Positions 29,263 through 39,450 of a stretch of DNA of 49,729 nt are shown piece by piece. Below the pieces are notes generated by a model, which worked only from the letters and a program-made list of their open reading frames with translations, made no database searches and was not told the origin of the DNA. A program made the translations under genes and the position numbers. The stretch is from Gemmatimonadales bacterium. Its GTDB lineage: Bacteria; Gemmatimonadota; Gemmatimonadetes; Gemmatimonadales; GWC2-71-9. The stretch spans positions 1 to 49,729 of the forward strand of contig JBBQFH010000025.1 in NCBI GenBank assembly GCA_038321865.1, in the 5' to 3' direction. How positions within the stretch are numbered: the stretch's first letter is position 1; the number at the start of each line of letters is the position of its first letter.

Positions 29263-31677
29263 CTACAGGACCGACGCGGGATCGCGGTCGATGACGTAGC
29301 TGATCTCGCCCCGGCGGCGCAGCCGGCGGGCCGCGTAGCGGACGACACGCCCGATGTCGGCCGAGGGGCCCTTGAGGAGCACGTGCCACCGCCAGCGCCC
29401 TTTGATGCGCACCAGCGGGCACGGAGCGGGCCCCAGCACGGTGAGGGGCAGCTCGTGGCGCGCCACCAGGGCGCGGCACCAGTCGGCGAGTTTTGCCGTC
29501 GCCGCGCTCACCGGCGCCTCATCGGGCCCCGACACCAGCAGGTTCACCAGCGAGAGCTCCGGCGGATATGGCGGGCTGCGCCGGAGGGCGCGCTCCTCGC
29601 GAAGAAATCCCTCGGTGTCGTGCCGGGCCGCCCAGACGAGCGCGTGGTGGGTCGGCGAGCGGGTCTGGATCAGGACCCGGCCGCCCTTCGGCCCCCGCCC
29701 CGCGCGGCCGGCCACCTGGGCCAGGAGCTGAAAGGTCCGCTCCGCCGCCCGGAAGTCCGGCAGATGGAGACCGGTGTCCGCCTCGGCGACACCGACGAGG
29801 GTGACGTTGGGGAAGTCGAGCCCCTTGGCGATCATCTGCGTGCCGATCAGGATGTCCACCTCGCCGCGCTCGACCGCGCCGAGAATCCGCTGGTGCGACC
29901 ACTTGGTGCTGGTGGTGTCGAGATCCATCCGGGCCAGCCGCGCATCGGGATACCGCTCCGCCACGATGCGCTCGAGCTGCTGCGTCCCGACGCCGCGCAT
30001 CGCCTGGACCGCGTGGCCGCACTGGCGGCACTTCGCGGGGATGGCCTCCTCGTGGCCGCAGTAGTGGCAGCGAAGCACCGGCGGCGACTGGTGCACCGTG
30101 AGCGAGATGCTGCAGCTGGGGCACTGCGAGACATCGCCGCAGCCGGGGCACTGCAGAAACGCGGCAAAGCCCCGGCGGTTCAGCATCAGCAGCGCCTGCT
30201 CGCCGCGGCCCAGACAGGCGGTGATCGCCTCGTCGAGCGCCACCGACCATGCCAGCGGGCCCACCCCCTGCACCTTCGGCGCGCTGCGGAGATCGATCAG
30301 TTCCACCGGCGGCAGCGGACGCGAGCCGATTCGTTCGGGAAGCTCCAGCAGCCGGAGGCGCGATTCGGTGCGCACCATCGTCTCCAGCGACGGTGTCGCG
30401 CTGCCGAGGATGAGGCGCGCACCGTCGAGGCGGGCGCGGACGGCCGCCACATCGCGCGCGTGGTAGCGCGGCGACTCACCGTTCTTGTAACTGGTCTCGT
30501 GCTCCTCGTCGACCACGATCATGCCGAGATTCACCACCGGTGCGAAGATGGCGGAACGCGCGCCGACCGCCACGCGGCGCTCGCCGCGCCGGAGCATGCG
30601 CCATGCGTCGGCGCGCTCCCCGTCGGAGAGGCCGCTGTGCAGCACGGCGACCTGATCGCCGAATGCCCCGCGGAACCGGCTCACGGTCTGGGGGGTCAGC
30701 CCGATCTCCGGCACCAGCACGATCGCGCCCCGGCCCTCCGCCAGCACGCGCCGGACGGCCTCGAGATAGACGAGCGTCTTGCCACTGCCGGTGACGCCGA
30801 ACAGCAGCGCCCCCTCGCCCGGGGCGAGCTGGCCGATCGCGTGCAGCGCGGCCGCCTGATCGCCGGTGAGGGTGGTCGGCGGCGGGGACCCGACCGCCCC
30901 GGCGAAGGGATCCCGCAGCCGCTCGGCGCGCTCGACGCGCGCCAGCCCGCTCCTGACGAGGGCGCGGACGACCGCATCGGTGAAGCCGAGCTGTTCGGTG
31001 AGGTGGCGCGCCGGCGCCCGTCCCCCGAGCGATTCCAGCGATTCGTAGAGCTCGCGCTGCCGGCGGCGGCGGCCGAAGAGCTGTTCCCGCTCGACGAGGG
31101 TGGGACGATCGTCCGGCAAGGCCACGACCCGTTCCGTGGCGGCATCGGCCCGCACATCGGCGGGCTCGACCCGGAGCGCGACGGCCCCCGCCGATACCAG
31201 GCGCGCCATGACGTCCCAGAGCGGGCGCCTGAGGGCGCGCGCCGCGGTGCCGACGCCGCCTTCCCCGCCCCGGTCCGCCAGCCAGGCGGCGACGTCGGCC
31301 CCGAGCCCCTCGGGGGCGCGGGTCGCGTCGAGCAGCGTCGCCACGACCACCGACGCGCCCCACATGCCGGTCGGCAGCACGGCGCGAAGGGTGAGGCCCA
31401 GCGGCGCGCCGTAGTAGCCGGCGATCCAGCGGGCGGTCTCCAGCAGCGTGGCCGGGACCGCCGGCTCATCGTCCGGTGCAGCGAGGACGTCCTTCGCCGC
31501 GACGTCCGGACGCTCGGCGTCCACTCCGACCACGATGCCGACGAGCTCACGCCGGCGCACCGGCACGACGACGCGCGCGCCGAGCCCGGCCCGGGCGACG
31601 AGCGCTTCAGGAACGCGGTAGGTGTAGGAAGCGGCGAGCGGAAGCGGCAGTGCGACCAGGACGTACCGGTCGCTCAT
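29263..31677 (-). CDS. priA: Primosomal protein N' (replication restart helicase)
   Basis: GVTGSGKT, LVPEIGLTPQ, DEEH, SATPS, CPGC..CPSC..CHYC..CRQC, GTQMIAKGLDFP, QVAGRAGR. Confidence 0.96.
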   Translation of the reverse strand: MSDRYVLVALPLPLAASYTYRVPEALVARAGLGARVVVPVRRRELVGIVVGVDAERPDVAAKDVLAAPDDEPAVPATLLETARWIAGYYGAPLGLTLRAVLPTGMWGASVVVATLLDATRAPEGLGADVAAWLADRGGEGGVGTAARALRRPLWDVMARLVSAGAVALRVEPADVRADAATERVVALPDDRPTLVEREQLFGRRRRQRELYESLESLGGRAPARHLTEQLGFTDAVVRALVRSGLARVERAERLRDPFAGAVGSPPPTTLTGDQAAALHAIGQLAPGEGALLFGVTGSGKTLVYLEAVRRVLAEGRGAIVLVPEIGLTPQTVSRFRGAFGDQVAVLHSGLSDGERADAWRMLRRGERRVAVGARSAIFAPVVNLGMIVVDEEHETSYKNGESPRYHARDVAAVRARLDGARLILGSATPSLETMVRTESRLRLLELPERIGSRPLPPVELIDLRSAPKVQGVGPLAWSVALDEAITACLGRGEQALLMLNRRGFAAFLQCPGCGDVSQCPSCSISLTVHQSPPVLRCHYCGHEEAIPAKCRQCGHAVQAMRGVGTQQLERIVAERYPDARLARMDLDTTSTKWSHQRILGAVERGEVDILIGTQMIAKGLDFPNVTLVGVAEADTGLHLPDFRAAERTFQLLAQVAGRAGRGPKGGRVLIQTRSPTHHALVWAARHDTEGFLREERALRRSPPYPPELSLVNLLVSGPDEAPVSAATAKLADWCRALVARHELPLTVLGPAPCPLVRIKGRWRWHVLLKGPSADIGRVVRYAARRLRRRGEISYVIDRDPASVL

Positions 31678-32696
31678 CGTCGGGTGACGCCGAGCCCCGG
31701 TCCGGTCGGCAGCCTGACCTGGCCGCCGGCGATGGTGGCGCCGACGAAGGGATCGTCGGCCAGAAGGGCCGCGCCGTCGAGATCCACGATATCCACCAGC
31801 GGCGTGAAATGCGCGGCGGCGGTGATCGCGAGCGAGCTCTCGATCATGCAGCCGACCATCACGGTCATATGGTGCGCCCGCGCGACCGCGATCATCCGGA
31901 GCGCTTCCCGCAGGCTCCCGCACTTGGCGAGCTTGATGTTGATCCCGTCCACCTTGCCCACCAGACCCGGAATGTCAGCCGCGGTGAGGCAGCTTTCGTC
32001 GGCGATGAGCGGAATCGCGGCTCGGCGGCGGATCTCTCCCAATCCCTCAAGATCCTCCGGAACGAGCGGCTGCTCCAGCACGGTCACGCCGTACTCGGCC
32101 AGCACGGGGAGCATGGCGACGGTGTGCTTTACCGTCCAGCCGCAGTTCGCGTCCACCCGAAGCTCGCGGTCCGTCACGCTCCGGATGGTACGGAGAATTT
32201 CGACATCATGATCGGTGCCGAGCTTGATCTTGAGAATGGGATACTCGGCGGCCTCGAGCACCTTGGCGCGCACTCGCTCCGGCGTGTCGAGCCCGATGGT
32301 GAAGGTGGAGCGCGGCGCCCGCGACGGGTCGAGCCCCCACATCCGGTAGAGCGGCACGCCGAGCTTCTTGGCGGCCAGATCGTGCATGGCGGCGGAGAGC
32401 GCCGCGCGGGCCGCGGCGTTCCCCCGCATGGCGGTCGCCCACACTCGCTCCGCGTCCTCCAGCTCGAAGGCGGTCTCCGGCATCGACTGCCCGTAGACCG
32501 CGAGCGCGGCCACGATGCTGTCAGCCGTTTCGCCGTAGAATTTCGACGGCGCGGCCTCGCCCCATCCCTCCATGCCGTCGGCGTCCCGGACGGTCACCAT
32601 CACGGTGCGGTACTGGCTCGACCCGCCGCGTGCGATGACGAACGGATGCCGGGTGACCAGCGTCAGAATCTCGGTCTGCAGCCGAAGTGGGGGCAC
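31674..32696 (-). CDS. Dipeptide (L-Ala-D/L-Glu) epimerase, enolase superfamily
   Basis: PFVIARG, GWGEA, KIKLG, VDANCGW, EQP, ADES, NIKLAKCG, GCMIES, DLDG. Start approximate. Confidence 0.9.
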   Translation of the reverse strand: MPPLRLQTEILTLVTRHPFVIARGGSSQYRTVMVTVRDADGMEGWGEAAPSKFYGETADSIVAALAVYGQSMPETAFELEDAERVWATAMRGNAAARAALSAAMHDLAAKKLGVPLYRMWGLDPSRAPRSTFTIGLDTPERVRAKVLEAAEYPILKIKLGTDHDVEILRTIRSVTDRELRVDANCGWTVKHTVAMLPVLAEYGVTVLEQPLVPEDLEGLGEIRRRAAIPLIADESCLTAADIPGLVGKVDGINIKLAKCGSLREALRMIAVARAHHMTVMVGCMIESSLAITAAAHFTPLVDIVDLDGAALLADDPFVGATIAGGQVRLPTGPGLGVTRR

Positions 32697-32722
32697 GGAC
32701 ACCTCTGGGCGGGTTGGTAGGC

Positions 32723-33619
32723 TCAGGCCAGCGCGCGGACGTGTGCCGCGACACCTTCGGCCAGCCGCGATGGAATGTAGCCGCCTTCCATGACGCCGAC
32801 GAGCGGGGCGGCGGGGTGCCGCTCGCGCATCCGAGTGGTGAGCGCGGCATAGTGCCCGGGCTCCAGCGTGAAGCCCCCAAGGGGATCGCCCAGCATGGCG
32901 TCGAAGCCAGCCGATATGAGGATCGCATCGGGCGCCCAGCCCGTCGTGGCCGTGACGATGGCGGACCAGAGATCCTCGACGTACCGCTCGGGCGGGAGAC
33001 CGCCGGCGCGCGGCACATTGAAAATATTCCCGATGCCTCGCTCCTCGGCGGCGCCGGTGCCGGGCCACCAGGGCGACTGATGGAGCGACACGAAGCGGAT
33101 GGACGGATCCCGCTCCACCAGCGCCTGGGTTCCGTTCCCGTGGTGGACGTCCCAGTCCACAATCAGCACCCGCGCCCGGCCAAGCTGCTGGGCCCCGCGC
33201 GCGGCGATCACCACGTTGTTCAGCAGGCAAAAGCCCATGGCGGTGGTGGCGGACGCGTGGTGCCCCGGGGGCCGGATCGCGGCGAAGGCGTGGCCGGGGC
33301 CGTTATGCGCGTGATTCATGGCGGCCAGCGCCGCGCCGGCGGCGCCGATCGCGGCATTCCAGCTTGACGCGTTGAGGGCGGTGTCGGCGTCGATCACGCC
33401 GCCCCCGTCACCGCTCATGGCCTGGAGCATCCGCAGATGGCGCTCGGGGTGCACGGGGAGGAGTGCCGCGGCATCGGCGGCGGCGGAGGTGAGGAGCACG
33501 GCTGACGGTTCAGACGCCAGACGGGCTAGCACGGCGTCGAGGCGGCCGCGGGTCTCGACGTGACCGGGGCCGGCATCATGCAGCAGGCAATCAGGATGGG
33601 TAAATACGGAAACCGGCAC
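32723..33619 (-). CDS. Histone deacetylase-family protein
   Basis: H.E...RL, RPPGHHA, GFCLLNN, DWDVHHGNGTQ, SAGFD, EGGY. Start approximate. Confidence 0.92.
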   Translation of the reverse strand: MPVSVFTHPDCLLHDAGPGHVETRGRLDAVLARLASEPSAVLLTSAAADAAALLPVHPERHLRMLQAMSGDGGGVIDADTALNASSWNAAIGAAGAALAAMNHAHNGPGHAFAAIRPPGHHASATTAMGFCLLNNVVIAARGAQQLGRARVLIVDWDVHHGNGTQALVERDPSIRFVSLHQSPWWPGTGAAEERGIGNIFNVPRAGGLPPERYVEDLWSAIVTATTGWAPDAILISAGFDAMLGDPLGGFTLEPGHYAALTTRMRERHPAAPLVGVMEGGYIPSRLAEGVAAHVRALA

Positions 33620-33642
33620 GGCGGGCGCCCGGTGCGGCGTCG

Positions 33643-33909
33643 TCAGTTGCGCTGGATCAGGTCGCGGAGCGCACGGGCCTGCCGCCGGAGCGCCTGCCGC
33701 TCGCCGGCAATCTCGGCGCTGCGCCGCTGGTGCGCCCGCCAATAAACGAAGACCAGCCCGCTCGAGGCGATCAGGCAGGCACCCATGATCGCGATGATGA
33801 TGCGATGCAGGATCAGCCCCGCAGTCACCAGGCACGCCCCGTCGAAGGCGAGAAACCCCGCAGCGGCGACGGTGAGCGCTCGGTTGGCGATCGCGGAGGC
33901 TCTGGGCAT
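33643..33909 (-). CDS. Small hypothetical membrane protein (2 TM + coiled tail)
   Basis: Two hydrophobic helices then a charged helix; fills the gap in a co-directional run. Confidence 0.65.
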   Translation of the reverse strand: MPRASAIANRALTVAAAGFLAFDGACLVTAGLILHRIIIAIMGACLIASSGLVFVYWRAHQRRSAEIAGERQALRRQARALRDLIQRN

Positions 33910-33916
33910 GGACGGC

Positions 33917-34183
33917 TCAGCGAACCGGGCGGCGGCGGCGCGCCAGCACGATGAGGGCCGCGTTGGGAACGATCCCCGCTTCATCCAGCGACAGCGATTC
34001 GTCGGTCAGCTCGGCGCCGCGAAACTTCATCAGGTAGGTGGTCGGGTCGCCCTTCACCCGGGTGGCGGCCAGGGCATTCCACTTCACTTCCGACAGGATC
34101 GTGTCGGGCGAGAGGTCGAGGCGTATCTCATCCCAGGCGTCCTGCACCATCACGCGCACCGGTATCGTCAACGCCGCGATCAC
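33917..34183 (-). CDS. Small hypothetical protein, possible ubiquitin-like beta-grasp fold (EsaB/YukD-like)
   Basis: Beta-beta-alpha pattern (VRVMV..EIRLDLSPDT.LSEVK), L.FRG.EL.D...SL...GI......L.V resembles ubiquitin-like domains. Confidence 0.6.
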   Translation of the reverse strand: MIAALTIPVRVMVQDAWDEIRLDLSPDTILSEVKWNALAATRVKGDPTTYLMKFRGAELTDESLSLDEAGIVPNAALIVLARRRRPVR

Positions 34184-34458
34184 GCGACCGACTCGGCCGC
34201 CGGCGCGGCGGGCAGCGTGGAGAGGAAGCGGTCGAGCTGCTGGTCGAACAGCAGCGTGGACGCACGCACCCGGACGCCGTGCGCCGCCGGCAGAATCGCC
34301 AGCGCGATCTCCTCGCCACCCTGCCCCCGCAGCACCAGGTACGTGGGGCCTTCCTTTTCCGGATAGGCCGCGTATTGCGGCACCCGTTCGGCGAAGAACG
34401 CCTTGGCGCGGGCGATCACTTCAGACCCGGCGAGCGTGGTCGTGGTTTCGAAAACCAT
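34180..34458 (-). CDS. Hypothetical protein
   Basis: ATG start; GTGA overlap with the next gene; protein-like (RGQGGEEI). Confidence 0.7.
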   Translation of the reverse strand: MVFETTTTLAGSEVIARAKAFFAERVPQYAAYPEKEGPTYLVLRGQGGEEIALAILPAAHGVRVRASTLLFDQQLDRFLSTLPAAPAAESVA

Positions 34459-34482
34459 GTCGGATGTCTCGCGCGGCGCCGG

Positions 34483-35616
34483 TCAGCGGCGCCAGATGGT
34501 GATCCCGGTCGGCTGCAGCGGCACCGGCACGCTGGCCACGACCTTCCGGGTCGAGAGGTCGATCATGTCCACCGCGCCGGGGTCGGCGCCAACGGACTCC
34601 GAGGAAATATATGCGTACCGCCCATCGGGCGAATAGGCGACACCATGCACGATCGGCTTGCTGGTCGGCACCCGCGCCAGCTCCGTGAGGGTCACCGCAT
34701 CGAGCAGGCTGACGCTTTTGTCCTTCTTGTTGGTGACGATCACCAGCCGCCCATCGCCCGACGGCTCCACGTTGTACGCCCCGTGCCCGACCGGGATCTC
34801 CTTGAGACGGGTGAGGCTCGCCGCATCCCACACCTGCACCGTGTTGCCGGTGTTGCAGGCGACGTAGAGCCGCCTGTCATCCGGGGACACCGATACGAAC
34901 GTCGGCGCGCACACCGGCTCGGCCGGCGCTACCGGTGCCGAGGCGGCCGGCGCCGGCGCGCTCGTGGCCGGCGGGTGGGCGCCGTGATCCATCCCCGCCA
35001 TGCCCGCCATCTCGTGGCCGCTGCCGGTCCGGCCGCGGCGGGTGATGCTGAACGTCCCGGGATCGAACTCGAGGATCTCGTCGCTGTGCATGCAGGAGAC
35101 GTAGACGTGCGTTCCGCCGTGATTGACCTTCACGCCGTGCGGCATGTCGCAGGCCGGCACGTCGGCGATCTTGGTCATCGTCGGCGTGTGAATGATGGAG
35201 ATCGGATTGATGCGCGGGCGGTCGCCGTAGAAGTCGGAATTGGCGACGAATGCGATCTCCCCGTCCGGCGTCACCGATATCGTGGTCGGAAAGAGCTCCA
35301 GCGGGGCACGGCCGATCAGCGTGTCCCCCGGAAGGGACATCCGCCAGAGCGAGCCGTACGGCGTGCCGTGCGCGACGGAGATGTAATAGCTCTTCCCATC
35401 CGGAGCCACCGTCACGTTGTGGGGCCCGTCGATGTCGGTCGGCATCACGCCGATCGGCACGACGTGGTCCACCACCAGCGTCCCCTCACCCGGCCGAAGC
35501 CAGGTCACGATGTCGCCCGACTCGCTGACGACGCCGACGCGGTAGCCGGGGTCGGCACTCTGCGCGGCCAGCGGCGTGGCGAGCGCCAGGGCGCCCAGCA
35601 TCAGCACATGTCTCAT
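34483..35616 (-). CDS. Exported YncE/YVTN-type beta-propeller protein
   Basis: Signal peptide; repeated PH.V...PDG..Y blades; His/Met-rich insert GHEMAGMAGMDHGAH. Confidence 0.82.
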   Translation of the reverse strand: MRHVLMLGALALATPLAAQSADPGYRVGVVSESGDIVTWLRPGEGTLVVDHVVPIGVMPTDIDGPHNVTVAPDGKSYYISVAHGTPYGSLWRMSLPGDTLIGRAPLELFPTTISVTPDGEIAFVANSDFYGDRPRINPISIIHTPTMTKIADVPACDMPHGVKVNHGGTHVYVSCMHSDEILEFDPGTFSITRRGRTGSGHEMAGMAGMDHGAHPPATSAPAPAASAPVAPAEPVCAPTFVSVSPDDRRLYVACNTGNTVQVWDAASLTRLKEIPVGHGAYNVEPSGDGRLVIVTNKKDKSVSLLDAVTLTELARVPTSKPIVHGVAYSPDGRYAYISSESVGADPGAVDMIDLSTRKVVASVPVPLQPTGITIWRR

Positions 35617-35645
35617 CGCGTGGCTCCTTCCCTTCGGGGGCGGAA

Positions 35646-36998
35646 TCAGAACGTGTCGGCGTTACGGTCGGTCACCCGCTCGCGGATGAATGCCGGGAGC
35701 TGATCGAGTGCGACGCGATCCTGCTGCATGGAATCGCGATGGCGGACGGTCACGGTGCGGGCGACGAGAGTCTCGCCGTCGATCGTCACGCAGAACGGCG
35801 TGCCGGCCTCGTCCATCCGGCGGTAGCGGCGCCCGATCGCGCCGCTGTCGTCGTAGAAACAGGTGAAGTCACGGCGGAGCGCGTGGTAGACCTCGGTCGC
35901 CAGCTCGGGCATTCCGTCCTTCTTGACCAGCGGCAGCACCGCGGCCTTGATCGGGGCCAGCGCGGGGTGCAGTCCGAGGACCACCCGGGTTTCACCGTCG
36001 ACGGTTTCCTCACGGTAGGCGTCCGCCAGCACCGTGAGGGTCACCCGGTCGGCGCCGGCCGAGGTCTCGACGACGTTCGGCAGGTAGCGCTCGTTGGCGG
36101 CCTGGTCGAAGTACTCGAGCTTCTTGCCCGAGTACTCCTGGTGGCGTCCAAGGTCGAAATCACCGCGGTTGTGGATGCCCTCGATCTCGTTCCAGCCGAA
36201 GGGAAACTCATATTCGATGTCGTAGGCGGCGCGGGCATAGTGGGCGAGCTCGTTCCCGGCATGCTGGTGCCACCGCAGCCTGGCCGGATTGAGCCCGAGC
36301 AGGTGATGCCAGCGCATCCGGATCTCGCGCCACTGCTCGAACCACTCCATGTCGGTTCCCGGCTTCACGAAGAACTGCAGCTCCATCTGCTCGAACTCAC
36401 GCGTCCGGAAGATGAAGTTGCCGGGCGTGATCTCGTTGCGGAACGCCTTGCCGATCTGGGCGATCCCGAACGGTACCCGCTGCCGGGAGCCCTGCAGCAC
36501 GTTGAGATAGTTGACGTAGATGCCCTGCGCCGTCTCCGGCCGGAGATAGACCACCGCCGCGGATTCCTCCACCGGCCCCATGAACGTCTTGAACATCAGG
36601 TTGAAGAGGCGCGGCTCGGTGAGCGAGCCGCGGGTGCCGCAGACCGGACACTGGGCGTCGGGTTGTCCCGGCGTGCCCTTGATGCGGGGGTCGTCGGCCC
36701 GGAAGCGGTTCTTGCACTGCTTGCAGTCGATGAGCGGATCGGTGAATCCCGACACGTGCCCCGACGCTTCCCACACCCGGGGATGCATCAGGATCGCAGC
36801 GTCGAGGCCTTCGATGTCGTCGCGGGCATGCACCATGGCGCGCCACCAGCGGTCCTTGACGTTCCGCTTCAGCTCGACGCCCAGCGGCCCGTAGTCCCAG
36901 ACGGACCCGAGGCCGCCGTAGATCTCGGACGATTGAAAGACGAAGCCCCGCCGCTTGCAGAGCGACACGAGCTTGTCCATGAGCGTGTTCTCGGCCAT
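35646..36998 (-). CDS. glyQS: Glycine--tRNA ligase (homodimeric alpha2 type)
   Basis: LCKRRGF, IYGG...[44 protein letters not shown]. Confidence 0.95.
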   Translation of the reverse strand: MAENTLMDKLVSLCKRRGFVFQSSEIYGGLGSVWDYGPLGVELKRNVKDRWWRAMVHARDDIEGLDAAILMHPRVWEASGHVSGFTDPLIDCKQCKNRFRADDPRIKGTPGQPDAQCPVCGTRGSLTEPRLFNLMFKTFMGPVEESAAVVYLRPETAQGIYVNYLNVLQGSRQRVPFGIAQIGKAFRNEITPGNFIFRTREFEQMELQFFVKPGTDMEWFEQWREIRMRWHHLLGLNPARLRWHQHAGNELAHYARAAYDIEYEFPFGWNEIEGIHNRGDFDLGRHQEYSGKKLEYFDQAANERYLPNVVETSAGADRVTLTVLADAYREETVDGETRVVLGLHPALAPIKAAVLPLVKKDGMPELATEVYHALRRDFTCFYDDSGAIGRRYRRMDEAGTPFCVTIDGETLVARTVTVRHRDSMQQDRVALDQLPAFIRERVTDRNADTF

Positions 36999-37008
36999 GT
37001 AGGATACC

Positions 37009-38289
37009 TCAGACTTCGATGATCTGGTCCCGCCGGGTACCGACGCTGACGTAGCGGATGGGGGCCCCCGAGAGGGCTTCGAGCCGGTCGAGATAGATCC
37101 GGGCTGCGCGCGGCAGGTCGGCCAGCGTGCGGGCCTCCCCGGTCGGCTTCCGCCACCCGGGCATCACCTCGTACACCGGCTTCACCCGCTCCAGCAGGTC
37201 CACTTCGGCCGGCATCTCCGCGCAGGGCTCGCCGTCGAGCTCGTACGCGATGCCCACGGGGATTTCGGCGAAGGTGTCCAGCACGTCGAGCTTGGTGACG
37301 GCGAGGTCGGTGAGCCCGTTCACCCGCACCGCGTAGCGGACCACGGTCGCGTCGAACCAGCCGCAGCGGCGGGCCCGGCCGGTGACCGCCCCGAACTCGC
37401 CACCCAGCTTTCGGAGCAGCGCGCCCTCGGTCTCCGTCGCTTCGGTGGGCAGCGGGCCGTTGCCGACCCGCGTCGTGTAGGCCTTGACCACTCCGAGCAC
37501 CGCGTCGATCGCCGTGGGCCCGATCCCGGCGCCGACCGCGGCGCCACCGGCCGTGGTATTGGACGAGGTGACGAAGGGGTACGTGCCGTGATCCACGTCG
37601 AGCAGCGCTCCCTGCGCCCCCTCGAGCAGCACGTGCTTGCCGTCCTTGATCGCCTGGTGAACCAGAAATCCGGTATCGGCGGCCAGGGGGAGCAGCCGGG
37701 GCGCGATCGACTCCAGCACACGAACGTGGTCGTCCGGGGAGGCGCGCTCGGCGGAGCCCATCACACCCAGCAGCGTGTTGGCGCGGTCCACCCGCTCCCG
37801 CACGAGCCGCGTGGCCCAGTCGAGATGGCGGAGATCGCCGACGCGGATGCCGCGGCGTCCATACTTGTCCTCGTACGCGGGGCCGATGCCGCGGCCGGTT
37901 GTGCCGATATTCTGGCTCTTCTCGCTGGCCGCGTCGAGCAGCTTGTGGTACGGCAGGACGAGGTGGGCGCGGTCGGACACATACAGGCGGCCGGCGGTGA
38001 GGATGCCGCGCGACGTCAGCTCGTCCAGCTCGGTGAACATCGTCTCCGGATCGAGCACGACCCCGTTCCCGATGATGCACGTCACCGACGGCTGGAGGAT
38101 GCCGGACGGGATCTGGCGCAGGATGAACTGCGCGTCCCCGATGACGACGGTGTGGCCGGCGTTGGCGCCGCCCTGGTAGCGTACGACGAAGTCGGCGCGC
38201 TCGGCGAGCACGTCGACCAGCTTTCCCTTTCCCTCGTCGCCCCACTGCGCACCGACGACGACGGCGCACGTGGCGTTGGCATCGAACAT
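37009..38289 (-). CDS. purA: Adenylosuccinate synthetase
   Basis: [63 protein letters not shown]. Confidence 0.97.
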   Translation of the reverse strand: MFDANATCAVVVGAQWGDEGKGKLVDVLAERADFVVRYQGGANAGHTVVIGDAQFILRQIPSGILQPSVTCIIGNGVVLDPETMFTELDELTSRGILTAGRLYVSDRAHLVLPYHKLLDAASEKSQNIGTTGRGIGPAYEDKYGRRGIRVGDLRHLDWATRLVRERVDRANTLLGVMGSAERASPDDHVRVLESIAPRLLPLAADTGFLVHQAIKDGKHVLLEGAQGALLDVDHGTYPFVTSSNTTAGGAAVGAGIGPTAIDAVLGVVKAYTTRVGNGPLPTEATETEGALLRKLGGEFGAVTGRARRCGWFDATVVRYAVRVNGLTDLAVTKLDVLDTFAEIPVGIAYELDGEPCAEMPAEVDLLERVKPVYEVMPGWRKPTGEARTLADLPRAARIYLDRLEALSGAPIRYVSVGTRRDQIIEV

Positions 38290-38307
38290 GGCCGCTCCCC
38301 GAACAAC

Positions 38308-38373
38308 AAAAAAGCCCCCGGCGGGGCTGATACATCCTCGGGCAAACCTAGCCGCCCCCCGGACAAACGTCAA
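38308..38373 (-). promoter_or_regulatory. purA promoter followed by a terminator-like hairpin in the short leader
   Basis: Minus strand: TTGACG (38373-38368) - 17 nt - TAGGTT (38350-38345), then AGCCCC-GCCG-GGGGCT-TTTTT (38328-38308), then GGGGAG RBS and ATG 38289. Confidence 0.6.
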
Positions 38374-39422
38374 TTCGGCCGCGCCACCACTCTGCCGAGG
38401 GCCGCGGCCAGCCCGAAAGTCATCCCCTCCGGTGTGTCGCCGGGGGTGTGAAGCCGGCGGAGCGTCCGCCAGGTGAGGCGCCCGATGGTGATCGCGGGAG
38501 CGCCGGCGCGCGCGAGCGGATGGCTGTCCACGAAGACGCCAAGCGGCAGGCCGCGCCGCCGGACCGGCACACCCAGCGAGCTGAGCGCCACGGTCTCCCG
38601 CGCCACCAGCGCCGCGCCCGCCGCATCGTGGCTGACGAGGTACAGCGGCCCCTCGTCGTCCACCGTGTCGACGTTGATGACGTCGGTTCCCCGCAGGCGC
38701 TCCGCACTCATCCGCGCGAAGATCCTGGCCCCGACCAGCCCAAACTCCTCCGCCCCGGTGATGAGCACACCGATCGAGCCGTCCACGGCCTGCTCCGCCG
38801 CGACGAGGGCGGTGAGCAGGCCGGTGCCATTGTCGCGGGCACCGGCGGACCGGCCGCGGAGCCGGCCGCGCGCGGCGAGCGCGCCCGCCAGCACGGCGAG
38901 GAAGGCGCCGGCGGCCACCGCTGGTGCAGACCGCGGACCCGCGAGCCGCGTCCCCGCCAGCACGGTGAGGACAATCAGCGTCACGACCACCACCCAGAGC
39001 GCCACGATGCGTCCGGCCATCGAGTGGCCCTGCGCCTTCGTGTCGGAGTGAGCCACGATCCAGCGCCGCACGGCACCTTCGGGGCGTACCGCGACGAGGT
39101 TGGCGTCCTCGCGCGCTGCGGCGCCGAACGCGCTCCAGCCGAGCGCGACGCCGGCCGTGAAGGCCAGGAGCGCCGCGAGCCCGCACAGCCAGACCAGCGG
39201 TGCGGCCCACCCCGGCAACCTGGCCACCAGGAGAAACGGGGCGAGCGCGAGGCCGAGCCAGCCGAGCCCGATGCCGAACAGGGGGAAGGCGTCGAGACTG
39301 AACGGATGGAAGCTGAATCGCTGGGTTTCTACGACGTAGCCGAGGGAGCGGAGGTGATCGCGAAGCACCGCTCTCGCGGCCGCCGCCTCGGGCGTGCCGG
39401 CCTCTCGCGGAAGGGCCAGCAC
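38370..39422 (-). CDS. M28-family peptidase-like membrane protein
   Basis: R.AGT, NLVA, VAHSD, GARDNGTG, GAEEFGLVG, NVD, LHTPGD, with inserted TM helices. Start uncertain. Confidence 0.75.
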   Translation of the reverse strand: MLALPREAGTPEAAAARAVLRDHLRSLGYVVETQRFSFHPFSLDAFPLFGIGLGWLGLALAPFLLVARLPGWAAPLVWLCGLAALLAFTAGVALGWSAFGAAAREDANLVAVRPEGAVRRWIVAHSDTKAQGHSMAGRIVALWVVVVTLIVLTVLAGTRLAGPRSAPAVAAGAFLAVLAGALAARGRLRGRSAGARDNGTGLLTALVAAEQAVDGSIGVLITGAEEFGLVGARIFARMSAERLRGTDVINVDTVDDEGPLYLVSHDAAGAALVARETVALSSLGVPVRRRGLPLGVFVDSHPLARAGAPAITIGRLTWRTLRRLHTPGDTPEGMTFGLAAALGRVVARPN

Positions 39423-39450
39423 GCGGGCGAGCGTCGCCCGCGCCGCCTCG

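Noticed and set aside
29077..32211. 1044-aa plus-strand ORF
   Set aside because: Antisense to priA and the epimerase; shadow ORF.
35646..36998. Eukaryote-like alpha2 glycyl-tRNA synthetase as a sign of gene transfer
   Set aside because: This type is normal in many bacterial phyla, and its codon usage is host-like.
36869..38335. 488-aa alternative-frame ORF over purA
   Set aside because: Arg/Pro/Gly-rich off-frame translation, not a credible protein; only its AUG is noted as a possible leader element.
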